Below are positions 50,452-60,615 of a stretch of 64,000 bases of DNA, one piece after another. Every line of letters begins with the position of its first letter. The first letter of the stretch is position 1. Source of the stretch: Spirochaetota bacterium (GTDB lineage: Bacteria > Spirochaetota > UBA4802 > JAFGDQ01). The notes beneath the pieces were generated by a model, which saw only the letters and a list, made by a program, of their open reading frames with translations, was not told the DNA's origin and did no database searches. Position numbers and translations under genes: made by a program. The DNA lies in assembly GCA_043803405.1 (NCBI GenBank), contig JAZDKB010000048.1, positions 1 to 64,000 on the forward strand, read 5' to 3'.

Positions 50452-52146
50452 ATGAGAAAAACATGTATTAGTATAATATTTGTCTGTGCATTATTTATTA
50501 TTAACAATCATGCTGTAAGCCTTGAGGTTGATATTGATGAGATAAAAACAAAACCAGTAAGGTTTATTAATTACGAAGGAAAATACGACAGGCCGGATTC
50601 AGAGGCGGACATAGGAAAGATAGGGCAGGCACTTTCGCGCGACGCAAAGGAAAACGAACGCGTCCGCTTTTACATAAAGTATTCGGTCATCCATGCAGTA
50701 TCCAAGGAAGAGCCGGAGAAATTCTCCGCGGATATTTTCTCAATCGATAAAGACGCAAAGGTCGGTCATATTGCCATGGTAAGGAAGATCACTTCTGCTT
50801 ATCTTATGAGTAAATACGGGTATTCTTCGCGCAATGCGGAAACAATCTCCCTGTTTCTTTCATACTATAACGCAATTTACCGCGGGAACATGGGCTATTT
50901 TTCAGGAAAATACAAGACTGCTGTAATGAAACACGTAACAGCAAATAATGCCGGTATATCGACTAAGTATACCGACTGGGCAGGATCGACTAAAATGCTC
51001 ATACCGCTTACCGAAGCAGCGCAGAAAGGAAAGCTGGACGCAATTGCGCCGGAAATAATATCGGACAAAAAAGTAAGAAAAGAAGTGAGCAGGGATGAGA
51101 AGAATATTCCTGCCAGAAAGGATATGGCTGGAATTAAAGAACGCGTACTTGAAAAAGAAAAGAAAGAACTCGAAGAGAAAAAGCAGGAAGTAAAGAAAGA
51201 AGCAGGAAAGATAGAACAGGAGAAAAAGCCTGTTGAAGAAAAGAAAACCGAGATAGTAAAAAAAGAAGAGCAATTAAAGAAAGAAAAAGAAGAAGCGAAA
51301 AAAATTGCAGAGCCTGAAAAACGCAAAGAGAAGGAATCTGAGATAGAGAAAAAAGAAAAGCAAATAGAAAAAGAAAAAGCTGAAGCAAAAAAGAAAGAAG
51401 AAGAAATAGCTAAAAAAGAAATAGAAGCAAAGAAAGAAGAAAAGAAAATTGCAGAGAAAGAAACAAAGATAACAGAACGCGAAAAAGAACTACAGAAAGA
51501 AAAGAAGGAAATAGAGCGCGATGAACTTAAGCGCGACATTGCAAAAGAGCCGGAAAAAGTACAGGCAAAGCTTGAGGAAAAAGCGAAAGAGCTCGACAAG
51601 CGCGAAGACGCGATTAGATCAAAAGAGCCGGATAAAAACATATATGCCAACAAGCTTTATTATCTTAAAATAAAAGAGTACCTTGACGGCGGCCATTACA
51701 ATAACGAAATGAATATGATAGACGCATCAACCATGAAAGTGATGTTCAAGTCTCCGGTTGAGTTTATTTGCGGCAGCAGATACGATGTGTTTTCCGGCGG
51801 AGTGGTCGTAATCACGCACAGGGGCAGTCACACAATGGGGCACAGGCTCACTTTAATGGACCGCGAAACTCTGAAAGCAACCGCGAACGGTGATGACAAC
51901 ATATTCTGGCGGAGCTTCATAGAGATACGCGACGGTTTTATTTACGTAATAGTGAACGATAAAGGCAAATATCATCTTGGGCGTTTTGACGGCAACCTAA
52001 AGCTTGTTGCCAAATCGAAAGAAGATATTTCTGAGGATACTTTTATAAGCTTTTTCGAGGATAAAATATACATCAACAGGCTCGATAAGACAATCGTTGC
52101 GCTAAAAAAAGACGATCTGTCTCTGATTGGCGAAGTGAAACCGTGA
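50452..52146 (+). CDS. P83/100 family protein (spirochaete) with a Lys/Glu coiled coil
   Basis: FINYEG, YSVIHAV, ADIFSI, YNAIYRG, W.G.TKMLIPL; long KE-rich centre; start MRKTC after GGAGA. Confidence 0.8.
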   Translation: MRKTCISIIFVCALFIINNHAVSLEVDIDEIKTKPVRFINYEGKYDRPDSEADIGKIGQALSRDAKENERVRFYIKYSVIHAVSKEEPEKFSADIFSIDKDAKVGHIAMVRKITSAYLMSKYGYSSRNAETISLFLSYYNAIYRGNMGYFSGKYKTAVMKHVTANNAGISTKYTDWAGSTKMLIPLTEAAQKGKLDAIAPEIISDKKVRKEVSRDEKNIPARKDMAGIKERVLEKEKKELEEKKQEVKKEAGKIEQEKKPVEEKKTEIVKKEEQLKKEKEEAKKIAEPEKRKEKESEIEKKEKQIEKEKAEAKKKEEEIAKKEIEAKKEEKKIAEKETKITEREKELQKEKKEIERDELKRDIAKEPEKVQAKLEEKAKELDKREDAIRSKEPDKNIYANKLYYLKIKEYLDGGHYNNEMNMIDASTMKVMFKSPVEFICGSRYDVFSGGVVVITHRGSHTMGHRLTLMDRETLKATANGDDNIFWRSFIEIRDGFIYVIVNDKGKYHLGRFDGNLKLVAKSKEDISEDTFISFFEDKIYINRLDKTIVALKKDDLSLIGEVKP

Positions 52147-52226
52147 TTTTTTTATTTGAAATGAAAACAATTTGTCAAAAAATGAATGTAATATTTATAT
52201 ATCATTGTTAATTATAGGAGCTTGTT

Positions 52227-52442
52227 ATGGAATCAGTAAGTCAATTAGCAAAGAAAGCTTTTGAACTTAAACCGGTTGAGCGTATTCAATTGGTTGAAGC
52301 TATTCTTTTTAGTCTTGACAAACCGGATCCGGAAATTGAACAAAAGTGGATTGCGGAATCTGAAGCAAGATATGAAGCCTATAACAAGGGCGAAATCGAA
52401 GCAATTAATTGGGATGATATTAAAATGAGGTATAATCGTTGA
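52227..52442 (+). CDS. addiction module antitoxin component (TIGR02574-like)
   Basis: L.P.ERIQLVE.IL.SLD..W..E.EAR..AY..G; upstream of and overlapping a ParE-like toxin. Confidence 0.85.
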   Translation: MESVSQLAKKAFELKPVERIQLVEAILFSLDKPDPEIEQKWIAESEARYEAYNKGEIEAINWDDIKMRYNR

Positions 52443-52732
52443 AAGTACGATTTATCTCTCCGGCGTTATTTGAACTGGATGAAGCGGTAAGGTATTACGA
52501 ATATCAAGTGAATGGATTAGGCTATAGATTTTTTCAGGAAGTGGATGCAGCAGTAGAAAGAATAAAACTGATGCCGGAAGCATGGACGAAAATCGGCAGT
52601 AAAACTCATCGTTGTTTGCTGAAAAACTTCCCTTATGCTGTTTTGTATGTATTTGAAAATTCGGAGATTTTAATAACTTCTATTGCGAATCTGCACAGAA
52701 ATCCTGAACACTATAAAGCCAGAATTTTATAA
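52439..52732 (+). CDS. type II toxin, RelE/ParE family
   Basis: A..ELDEAV.YYE....LG..F, LKNFPYAVLY, R.P..YK.R. Confidence 0.88.
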   Translation: MKVRFISPALFELDEAVRYYEYQVNGLGYRFFQEVDAAVERIKLMPEAWTKIGSKTHRCLLKNFPYAVLYVFENSEILITSIANLHRNPEHYKARIL

Positions 52733-52817
52733 AGTAGAATTAACATCTTTTTCTTCTTGAACTTTAATTAGTTATAATTTAAGTACTGCCATAATATGAA
52801 ATTAATGGTGATCTATT

Positions 52818-53447
52818 ATGGCTAAACGAGCATTTCTCTTTGACTTTGACGGCACGCTTGTGGATACAATGGACGGGTTCGCAGATATTGCAGGCCGGGT
52901 TATTCACGACTTTCATCCGGAAATGAGCTTTGAAGAAGCAAGGGCCAATTATATGAAAACTTCAGGGGCTCCTTTTTTCCAGCAATGTGAAATGCTGTTC
53001 CCCGGCAACCCGACAAACGCTGAAAAAGTAAAGATATTCGAAGAATCAAAACAGGAAGGCTTCTTTAAACAAAGGTTTTCCGATGATGTTAAATTTGCAA
53101 TAAATGCGCTCCGCAAAAGAGGAGATATTGCCGGAGTATCTTCCAATAATTATCAGGAACTGATAGATAAGTTCGTAAAAAGAGAAGGCCTTGTGTTCGA
53201 TGTAATACTCGGATTTAATGAGGGATTCCAGAAAGGCAAGGATCACTTCGAATACGTAATGAAAAAATTTTTATTATCAAGAAAAGACCTGACATTTGTC
53301 GGGGATTCTTTAAAGGATGCAGAAAAAGCGTTTGATAATAAAATAAATTTTGTAGGGAAATGCGGGACTTTTACACGTGAAGATTTTCTGAAACTGGATA
53401 GTGATATAAAAACAATTAGTAATATCCGGGAGTTGTTGGATCTATGA
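52818..53447 (+). CDS. HAD family hydrolase
   Basis: FDFDGTLVDT, SSN, FVGDSLKD. Confidence 0.88.
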   Translation: MAKRAFLFDFDGTLVDTMDGFADIAGRVIHDFHPEMSFEEARANYMKTSGAPFFQQCEMLFPGNPTNAEKVKIFEESKQEGFFKQRFSDDVKFAINALRKRGDIAGVSSNNYQELIDKFVKREGLVFDVILGFNEGFQKGKDHFEYVMKKFLLSRKDLTFVGDSLKDAEKAFDNKINFVGKCGTFTREDFLKLDSDIKTISNIRELLDL

Positions 53448-54178
53448 GAGCAATTGTACTTGCGGCAGGAACAGGAAGCAGGCTGGGTGAGATCACCAAG
53501 GCCCGAACAAAGGGCATGGTGCCCGTAAACGGCAAACGATTAATAGACTATCTGCTTGAGTTTTTCGAGATTGAATTCTTTGATGAGATTTTAATAATCG
53601 GCGGATTCTGCTATGAAGACCTGAAAGATCATATTCAAAAGAAAAAATATGAAAATGTCCGCGTGCTCGAAAACAAGGAATATTTAAAAGGTAATATTTT
53701 TACTTTAGTCAGAGGGCTTAAAGAATTTGAAAGCGATTCTTTTTTAATAACCAACGTGGATCATATATATCCCAGAAAAATGTTCGAACGCATGAAGAAA
53801 TCTTTTATGGGAATAACCGCCATGTGCGATTTCGACAGGAATCTGACTAACGATGATATGAAAGTTAAGCTCCGCGCAGATAGCCGTACAATAGAACTGA
53901 TAAGAAAAGATCTTACTGAATTTAACTGCGGCTACATAGGAATGAGTTATATAGATAAGAGCTCGAATAAAATTTATCGCGAAGCTGTAGAAAGGGCAGT
54001 GGAGAAATTCGGAGAAAAGGCTGTTGCCGAAAACGTACTCCAGATACTGGCAAACGATGCAGGTACAGCTCCCGGGATATGCGATCTTTCGGGCATAGGC
54101 TGGTACGAAGTAGATACTGAAGACGATCTGCGAAAAGCTGAAGCAGGATTGCTGAAAGATCCTAATTTTACCAGATAA
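53444..54178 (+). CDS. NTP-transferase, phosphocholine/inositol-phosphate cytidylyltransferase-like
   Basis: LAAGTGSRL, NVDH, DDMKV, WYEVDTEDDL. Confidence 0.8.
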   Translation: MRAIVLAAGTGSRLGEITKARTKGMVPVNGKRLIDYLLEFFEIEFFDEILIIGGFCYEDLKDHIQKKKYENVRVLENKEYLKGNIFTLVRGLKEFESDSFLITNVDHIYPRKMFERMKKSFMGITAMCDFDRNLTNDDMKVKLRADSRTIELIRKDLTEFNCGYIGMSYIDKSSNKIYREAVERAVEKFGEKAVAENVLQILANDAGTAPGICDLSGIGWYEVDTEDDLRKAEAGLLKDPNFTR

Positions 54179-55136
54179 AGATAAGCGGATTAATCAACTG
54201 TCCGTGCCTTTTTACCATAAAATGCAGATGAGGGCCGGTTGACCTTCCTGTTGAGCCGATGCGACCGATGATGTCTTTTTTTGTTACACTTTGTCCATTT
54301 TTTACATTTATAGCTGAACAATGTCCGTATGTGCTTTCATATCCGTCCAGATGTTGAATGATTATTGCGAGGCCCAGTTCATGCCGCCAGCCTGTAAAAG
54401 AAACAATTCCCTCCCTTGAAGCAAATATCGGTTCGCCGAATTTCGCGCTGATATCAATGCCATTGTGAAATTCCATGTTTTCTTCCGAAATGCCGACTCT
54501 GTCCCCGTACATTGATGTGTATCTGCCCAGAAGAGGCGAGCGGAATATCTTACGCATAGCGTATAATTTTTCCAGGGAATTATTTACAATTTCCGGAACC
54601 GCGTCTTTGAAAAATGCAAATCGTATGTCATCCAGTGAAAACAGTTTGAAAATGGATTGTATGTAGCTTCCCTGTATTGAACCTTTATATTCAATAATAC
54701 GTGACATCCTTATTACGTCTAATAAATTATCTGATGCCAGCAGAACCCCGTCTTCAGCCGGCAGTGCTATCTCGACTCCTTCTTTCGCGAGCAGGGATTC
54801 GATGAACGGATTTGCCGCAATAAGCGTATCCATGGAGATGTTATTTCTAATTGCGACATCCCAGTAGGATTCTCCATCTGCCATTTTATATGTTTTTATC
54901 TTTGTACCGAAATTATAAGGATATGATTTAACAAGTTTTATGTATTTTTCTGCGGATGAAAAGATTGGAAAGCCGTTTTTAACTACATATGAATCCGGAT
55001 CGATTTTAATTCGTTCTCTGAAAACAGCGGTTAATACATTGCCTAGTATCAGAATTGCAATTATAATTATTAAAATTATTTTTGCGCCTTTCTTTAATTG
55101 CCAGATGCTGTAGTTGGAAATCGGTAGTCCGTTCAT
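54168..55136 (-). CDS. LysM + M23 family peptidase
   Basis: LysM (GESYWDVA..LIAAN), HNGID, YGHC, TGRSTGPHLHF. Confidence 0.9.
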   Translation of the reverse strand: MNGLPISNYSIWQLKKGAKIILIIIIAILILGNVLTAVFRERIKIDPDSYVVKNGFPIFSSAEKYIKLVKSYPYNFGTKIKTYKMADGESYWDVAIRNNISMDTLIAANPFIESLLAKEGVEIALPAEDGVLLASDNLLDVIRMSRIIEYKGSIQGSYIQSIFKLFSLDDIRFAFFKDAVPEIVNNSLEKLYAMRKIFRSPLLGRYTSMYGDRVGISEENMEFHNGIDISAKFGEPIFASREGIVSFTGWRHELGLAIIIQHLDGYESTYGHCSAINVKNGQSVTKKDIIGRIGSTGRSTGPHLHFMVKRHGQLINPLIFIW

Positions 55137-55230
55137 TTATTTATTCCGATTAATTGTTTTTTAAACAGCCTATTAAGAAATATTTATGAATAAATGACCG
55201 AGTTACTGAGTATTTTGTACATCTTTGAAT

Positions 55231-56040
55231 TTAACTGCCTAATTTCTCGGATCTTTTTTTTGCAGCATCTATCGCATCCATTATTATACCCGAAAAACCC
55301 GATCTTTCAAGTATATGCACTGCTTCTATGGTTGTTCCTCCGGGCGAGGTTACCTTTCCCCTTAAAGTAATGGGATCGTCCTTGCCCTCCAGAACCATCT
55401 TTGCTGCTCCGAGAATTGTCTGCGCAGCAAGAATAGTTGCTTTGTCGCGCGGCAGCCCTGTCTTTACCCCGCCGTCAATCATTGCCTGTATCAGAGTGAA
55501 TCCGTATGCCGGCCCGCTGCCGGAAACTGCCGTGACAGCGTCCATAAGTTTTTCCGGCAGTATAACCACTTTGCCGAGATAAGAAAAAATTTCTTCAGCA
55601 ACTGCGAGAAGCTTGCCGTCAATTTCTTTTGCTGCAGAAATAACAGACATCCCTTCGCCGATCATGGCAGGCGTATTCGGCATTACGCGTATAATGTTTT
55701 TGGGTGACTGGATGATCCCGTTTATATAACTGGTACTGATGCCTGCAGCAATGGAAATGATAAGCTTATCTGAAATAACGTTTTTTATTTCCGATAATAC
55801 GGAACCGATAATGTCGGGCTTAACAGCCAGGATGAGCACGTCGCTGCCTTTAACCAGATCGATTACTGATTCTGCAATCCGGATTCCCGTATCGCGTTTA
55901 ATTGATTCAAGTTTGGATTTGTCTGTATCAAAACAGATTATTTTTGCTTTATTTATATTATTTGCAAGGCAGGATATTATGGCGCTCCCCATATTGCCTG
56001 TCCCAATGCACCCGATCGTCATATTTGCGAGAACGCTCAT
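55231..56040 (-). CDS. proC: pyrroline-5-carboxylate reductase
   Basis: IGTGNMG, LAVKP, RVMPNTP, SGSGPAY, VTSPGGTT. Confidence 0.96.
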   Translation of the reverse strand: MSVLANMTIGCIGTGNMGSAIISCLANNINKAKIICFDTDKSKLESIKRDTGIRIAESVIDLVKGSDVLILAVKPDIIGSVLSEIKNVISDKLIISIAAGISTSYINGIIQSPKNIIRVMPNTPAMIGEGMSVISAAKEIDGKLLAVAEEIFSYLGKVVILPEKLMDAVTAVSGSGPAYGFTLIQAMIDGGVKTGLPRDKATILAAQTILGAAKMVLEGKDDPITLRGKVTSPGGTTIEAVHILERSGFSGIIMDAIDAAKKRSEKLGS

Positions 56041-56726
56041 TCCATGTATGTCCTTTGCCCGAATATAGCGCTGCCGATTCTAAGTAATGTTGCGCCTTCT
56101 TCGACTGCGATTCCGTAATCGGACGACATGCCCATTGAGAGTTCCCTCATGTTAAGTCCGAGTTCCGCGTTTGCCCTTTCCAGAAGTTCTTTAAGCATCC
56201 TGAATGATGAGCGGATGCTCTTTGCGTCTTCGGTTAAAGGCCCGATCGTCATAAGACCCGTCAGTTCCAGATTCTTAAGCGTCGATACTTCCTTACATAA
56301 TTTTATTGCTTCTTCCGGCTCTATTCCGCTTTTTGTGTCTTCGCCGGAAGTATTAACCTGCACAAGTATTTTTTGAACTTTGTTTATCTTTTTAGCTTCT
56401 TCGTCCGTTTTTAACGCTGTGCTGAATTTATCTATAGAATGAATAAGGTCAAACATTTTTACGGCATCTCTGGCTTTATTTGACTGAAGATGCCCTACCA
56501 GGTGCATTATAAAAGCGCCCTTTAATGCAGGTGTCTTTTGCTTTGCTTCCTGTACTTTGTTCTCTCCGAATAGTGTTATTCCGTGATCTATTGCTTCCTG
56601 AATAGCGCTTGCCGGAAATGTTTTGCTGATCGCGACTATCTTTACAGCACTAGCGTTTCTGCCGGCAGAAGCGGAAATTCGTTCTATCTCCCCGCATATC
56701 CTGCGATAATTTTCAAAAATTCCCAT
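56037..56726 (-). CDS. yggS: PLP homeostasis protein YggS/PROSC
   Basis: VAISKT, FGENKVQE, GHLQSNK, GLMTIG, LSMGMSSD, RIGSAIFG. Confidence 0.96.
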   Translation of the reverse strand: MGIFENYRRICGEIERISASAGRNASAVKIVAISKTFPASAIQEAIDHGITLFGENKVQEAKQKTPALKGAFIMHLVGHLQSNKARDAVKMFDLIHSIDKFSTALKTDEEAKKINKVQKILVQVNTSGEDTKSGIEPEEAIKLCKEVSTLKNLELTGLMTIGPLTEDAKSIRSSFRMLKELLERANAELGLNMRELSMGMSSDYGIAVEEGATLLRIGSAIFGQRTYME

Positions 56727-57096
56727 TTTTATAATAAATAAATAATAAATTCTTTATATATCAGATTAAATTAGATTATCAGGCATGTCAATAATTTTTT
56801 TTTGTTCAAAAATAGTATGTGAGGAAATATGTATATAAAAAGAGATGTTTTGAAATATTTATCGTAATGCTTCCTATAAGGATTCCTATTCCCAGACATC
56901 TCTTCTTTTGAGAAGACAAACATAATTATTATTACTAAATTATCGATAATATGTTCCTTTTTCAGCACATAACGGCAGGTAAGCATTGTTCTTTTTGTCT
57001 TTAATTCAATTTTCATTACAGCTAGCAACAAGAAACTATTTACCTGCGGAGTGTTGTACACGATCTGATAAGAAATCTTCATTGGATGACTAATTT

Positions 57097-58038
57097 ATGA
57101 ATAAATTATCTATATTCTTAAGTATTGTAATTTTTAATTTATTTACCTGGTCAGCATTTGCTGAAAAGATTATAATGCAGAATACTTTATCATACAAAAA
57201 TACTTCCTCAAGAATTGAAAATAATATAATGAAAAATAACTCTTTATTAAATAATTCAACTGCAAGTTCAATTGATGAAGAATTTTCTATTTATTTTTGT
57301 AATAAAAATACTTATTTTTTTGGTTTTTCAGGAATTTATTCATATAATGAAACCTATGTGCGAAATCATGGTTTAGATCTATTTTTTGGTTCTTTTTCCG
57401 GAAAAGAGAGAACGCCTTTTATTATAATAGGATTTGGAGTATATGACACAAAAGATAATGTATTTCAAGAAACTACTAAAGGTAATTCTTCAACTTTTTT
57501 TCAAATTGGTTATATGAATGATCTTCATCTTAAAATAAAAATATATGGAATTAATTTGTTTGTTATTAATGATGCTGGTGGCGATACAAATCCATCAGGA
57601 AATAGTGATGACTCTGCCTTATTTATTGACATAGCTTTAGGCAAAAGAAGTTTTTGCCCATTATTTTTAAGGTTAAATTTTGATGTTACTAGCAATGAAA
57701 AGCATATAATTAATTCCAATAATTATGATGATGATTATTATTATTATGACTATGCTACATGTTTACTGCATATTCAATACTATAGTGATAAATATGAAAT
57801 TTCATTTGGTTGTACACTTCATGAAGAAACATTTCAATATGGTGTTTATAATAAGAGTTCACATGATTATACTTCTTATTATATCAAGGATAATATGTAT
57901 TATGGAATAGGTTCAACTTTTAAAATCAACAATATATATAAGGATTTGAATTTATTTGGCGAGCTGCATGTTCTTAAAGATTTTGAACACAATAAAATTA
58001 TCTCCATTACTAAACTGGGAAGTGAATATTTTTTTTAG
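57097..58038 (+). CDS. hypothetical very AT-rich exported/outer-membrane protein
   Basis: 313-aa ORF, signal peptide ending AFA, Tyr/Phe-rich, ends in F. Confidence 0.6.
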   Translation: MNKLSIFLSIVIFNLFTWSAFAEKIIMQNTLSYKNTSSRIENNIMKNNSLLNNSTASSIDEEFSIYFCNKNTYFFGFSGIYSYNETYVRNHGLDLFFGSFSGKERTPFIIIGFGVYDTKDNVFQETTKGNSSTFFQIGYMNDLHLKIKIYGINLFVINDAGGDTNPSGNSDDSALFIDIALGKRSFCPLFLRLNFDVTSNEKHIINSNNYDDDYYYYDYATCLLHIQYYSDKYEISFGCTLHEETFQYGVYNKSSHDYTSYYIKDNMYYGIGSTFKINNIYKDLNLFGELHVLKDFEHNKIISITKLGSEYFF

Positions 58039-58107
58039 TTAACATAGAGAACTGTATTTAACTGAAAAAATTATTTTTCTACAGGTATTCATTTTTAAAG
58101 TATTGAA

Positions 58108-58944
58108 TTACTTTGTTTTGGTTAGTTTATAAATACTTCGTGTAATGTTTTTAAATTCTTCTATGCTGAGATCTTCGCCACGAATCTTCTCATTAATATT
58201 AAGTTCATTAAAAGTGTTTATAATAATTGCCTTATCAACAACTAAATGCGGAGAATCGGTGAGCCCTTTCTTTAGTGTCTTTCTTCTGCCCCAGAACGCG
58301 GATTTTACTATAGAATGAAAAAGCCGAAGCTCGTCATCACTAAGGCCAATATCCTCCCTTCGTTTAAAATAAATGAATGCAGAAGAAACATCGGGCTGCG
58401 GATAAAAGGACTTCTTGTCGATGTTGAACAAAATTTTTGCCTCATAGTAAAGCCCCAGAGCGACTGTTAAAGCGCCGTAAGTTTTGCTTCCGGGTGCCGA
58501 TAAAATGCGTTCTGCCATTTCCTTTTGCAGCATTACGAATATTTCTTTTATTTTGTATTTTACAGCAAGATGAAATAGCATTTCGGAAGAACAGTAGTAC
58601 GGCAGGTTCGCTATAGCTTTTGTGAATACTGCGTTAAGATCGGTTTTCAGAAAGTCGGAATGTAAAATAGTGAGATTATCAACGGCAATAAACCTGAAGT
58701 TTAAGTATGAGAACAATCCTGAGTCGATTTCGACTGCAGTGACTGAACCAGCCTTCGCCACAAGCATGGCTGTAAGTCCGCCGAGGCCCGGGCCTATTTC
58801 GAGAACAGCATCATCTTTATCCACGGCAGAAACTTCGATAATTTTTTTTATAATGCCGTCATTGCATAAAAAATTCTGTCCTAGTTTTTTATTCGGATAA
58901 AGATTATTTTCACGTATTATTTCTATTATGGTTTTGGTATTCAT
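58108..58944 (-). CDS. rsmA: 16S rRNA m6,2A dimethyltransferase KsgA
   Basis: KKLGQNFL, EIGPGLG, VEID, ANLPYY, QKEMAER, RRKTL. Confidence 0.96.
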   Translation of the reverse strand: MNTKTIIEIIRENNLYPNKKLGQNFLCNDGIIKKIIEVSAVDKDDAVLEIGPGLGGLTAMLVAKAGSVTAVEIDSGLFSYLNFRFIAVDNLTILHSDFLKTDLNAVFTKAIANLPYYCSSEMLFHLAVKYKIKEIFVMLQKEMAERILSAPGSKTYGALTVALGLYYEAKILFNIDKKSFYPQPDVSSAFIYFKRREDIGLSDDELRLFHSIVKSAFWGRRKTLKKGLTDSPHLVVDKAIIINTFNELNINEKIRGEDLSIEEFKNITRSIYKLTKTK

Positions 58945-59073
58945 ATTAACTATTACGGTTGTGTAATAAAATTATTATTAATTAAAAAAGGTATTGATAA
59001 TTTTTTTGCAACAAGAAAAATAGATATTCAGATTAAATTGTTTTTTCGCAAATATTTATTAGGAGTATTTTGT

Positions 59074-60411
59074 ATGCCGGAAATGGATAAGGAATATGTT
59101 TTAAAAACCGTTAAAGATAAAAATGTTAGATTCATTAGATTATGGTTTACGGATGTGCTCGGTTTTCTGAAAAGCTTTTCGATTATGTCCGACGAGCTTG
59201 AGGAAGCACTTCACGACGGAATCGGTTTCGACGGTTCCGCGATCGAAGGTTACGCCAGGGTGCATGAAAGCGATATGATAGCAATGCCCGATCCTAACAC
59301 GTTTACGCTTCTTCCGTGGCGTTCTACTGATGATGGGATGAATGTAGCGCGTATGTTCTGCGACATCCAGAAGCCAAACGGGAAGCCGTTTGAAGGCGAT
59401 CCTAGATGGGTGCTTAGAACTAATTTAAAAAAAGCGGCTGATATGGGCTTCACTTTCTATGTAGGGCCGGAGCTAGAGTATTTTTATTTTAAAAGTTCGG
59501 ATAATCCCCCGCAGGTGCTGGATTCCGGGGGATATTTCGATCTTACTCCGCTTGATGTTGCGAGCGATCTGCGCAGGGACACTATTCTCTGTCTGGAGAA
59601 AATGGGCATAAGCGTCGAGTACAGCCATCACGAAGTTGCGCCAAGCCAGCACGAAATTGACCTGCGTTACATGGACGCCCTTACAATGGCAGACGCTGCC
59701 ATGACTTACCGTCTCACTGTAAAAGAGATTGCGCTTAAATACGGCATTTACGCTACCTTTATGCCGAAGCCGCTGTTCGGGGAAAACGGCAATGGAATGC
59801 ATACCCATCTGTCCTTATTTGAAGACGATATAAATACGTTTTTTAATCCTAAGGACAAATATCATTTATCAAAAAAAGGAAAATCGTATATTGCAGGTCT
59901 CTTAAAGCACGCGCGCGAGATATGCCTTGTTGTTGCGCAATGGGTAAATTCGTATAAAAGGCTTGTTCCGGGATACGAAGCCCCGGTTTACATTTCGTGG
60001 GCACAGACGAACCGCTCCACGCTTGTGCGTGTGCCAATGTACAAACCGGGAAAAGAAAAAGCCACGCGGGTCGAGTTCCGCTGTCCGGATCCGGCCTGTA
60101 ATCCGTACCTCGCGTTTTCCGTTATGCTTGCTGCCGGCCTTAAGGGCATTCAGGAAAATTACGAGCTGCCTGATCCCATAGAGGATGACATATTCGTAAT
60201 GTCACCGGCGGAGCGCAAAAAAAGAGGCATCATTTCATTACCGGAGAACCTGGGTGAAGCGATTATGGAAACAGAAAAGAGCACGCTTGTAAGGGAAGCG
60301 CTGGGTGATCATGTTTTCGAAAAGTTTATTGAGAATAAAAAGCTGGAATGGGCAGACTACATGTCACATGTAAGTCAGTACGAACTTGATAAATATTTGA
60401 AGATATTATAA
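59074..60411 (+). CDS. glnA: glutamine synthetase type I
   Basis: FDGSAIEG, GPELEY, HHEVAPSQHE, FMPKP, GMHTH, NSYKRLVPGYEAP, EFRCPD; start MPEMD after AGGAG. Confidence 0.97.
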   Translation: MPEMDKEYVLKTVKDKNVRFIRLWFTDVLGFLKSFSIMSDELEEALHDGIGFDGSAIEGYARVHESDMIAMPDPNTFTLLPWRSTDDGMNVARMFCDIQKPNGKPFEGDPRWVLRTNLKKAADMGFTFYVGPELEYFYFKSSDNPPQVLDSGGYFDLTPLDVASDLRRDTILCLEKMGISVEYSHHEVAPSQHEIDLRYMDALTMADAAMTYRLTVKEIALKYGIYATFMPKPLFGENGNGMHTHLSLFEDDINTFFNPKDKYHLSKKGKSYIAGLLKHAREICLVVAQWVNSYKRLVPGYEAPVYISWAQTNRSTLVRVPMYKPGKEKATRVEFRCPDPACNPYLAFSVMLAAGLKGIQENYELPDPIEDDIFVMSPAERKKRGIISLPENLGEAIMETEKSTLVREALGDHVFEKFIENKKLEWADYMSHVSQYELDKYLKIL

Positions 60412-60437
60412 AGCGAAGTTTGCAGGGAGAAACTAGA

Positions 60438-60614
60438 ATGGCGATAATTAAATGCGATAAGTGCAGCTTCAGGTCGAAATACGATAATAATCCGAAATCG
60501 TTATTAGGCAGGTTATGGCGGTGGCATATCAATTGGTGCCCGGGCTGGAAGGCATACATGAAAACTTTACCGGATAAAGAGAGAAAGAAGATAGTAAAGA
60601 AATATAATTTATAA
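60438..60614 (+). CDS. small Cys/Trp-rich conserved hypothetical protein
   Basis: CDKC..R..YD.NPKSLLGRLWRWHINWCPGWK; GGGAGA RBS; 1 bp before the DUF362 gene. Confidence 0.7.
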   Translation: MAIIKCDKCSFRSKYDNNPKSLLGRLWRWHINWCPGWKAYMKTLPDKERKKIVKKYNL

Positions 60615-60615
60615 C

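Noticed and set aside
51140..51620. Tandem repeat or CRISPR-like array in the A/G-rich tract
   Set aside because: Low-complexity KE coding sequence with no fixed repeat-spacer period
50895..51653. 252-aa Phe/Ser-rich ORF (and other long antisense ORFs, e.g. 26237-26923, 34865-35413)
   Set aside because: Antisense shadows of well-supported genes; the first mirrors the Lys/Glu coiled coil
56771..57082. 103-aa minus-strand ORF upstream of yggS
   Set aside because: No recognisable motif or RBS; composition fits AT-rich intergenic or decayed sequence
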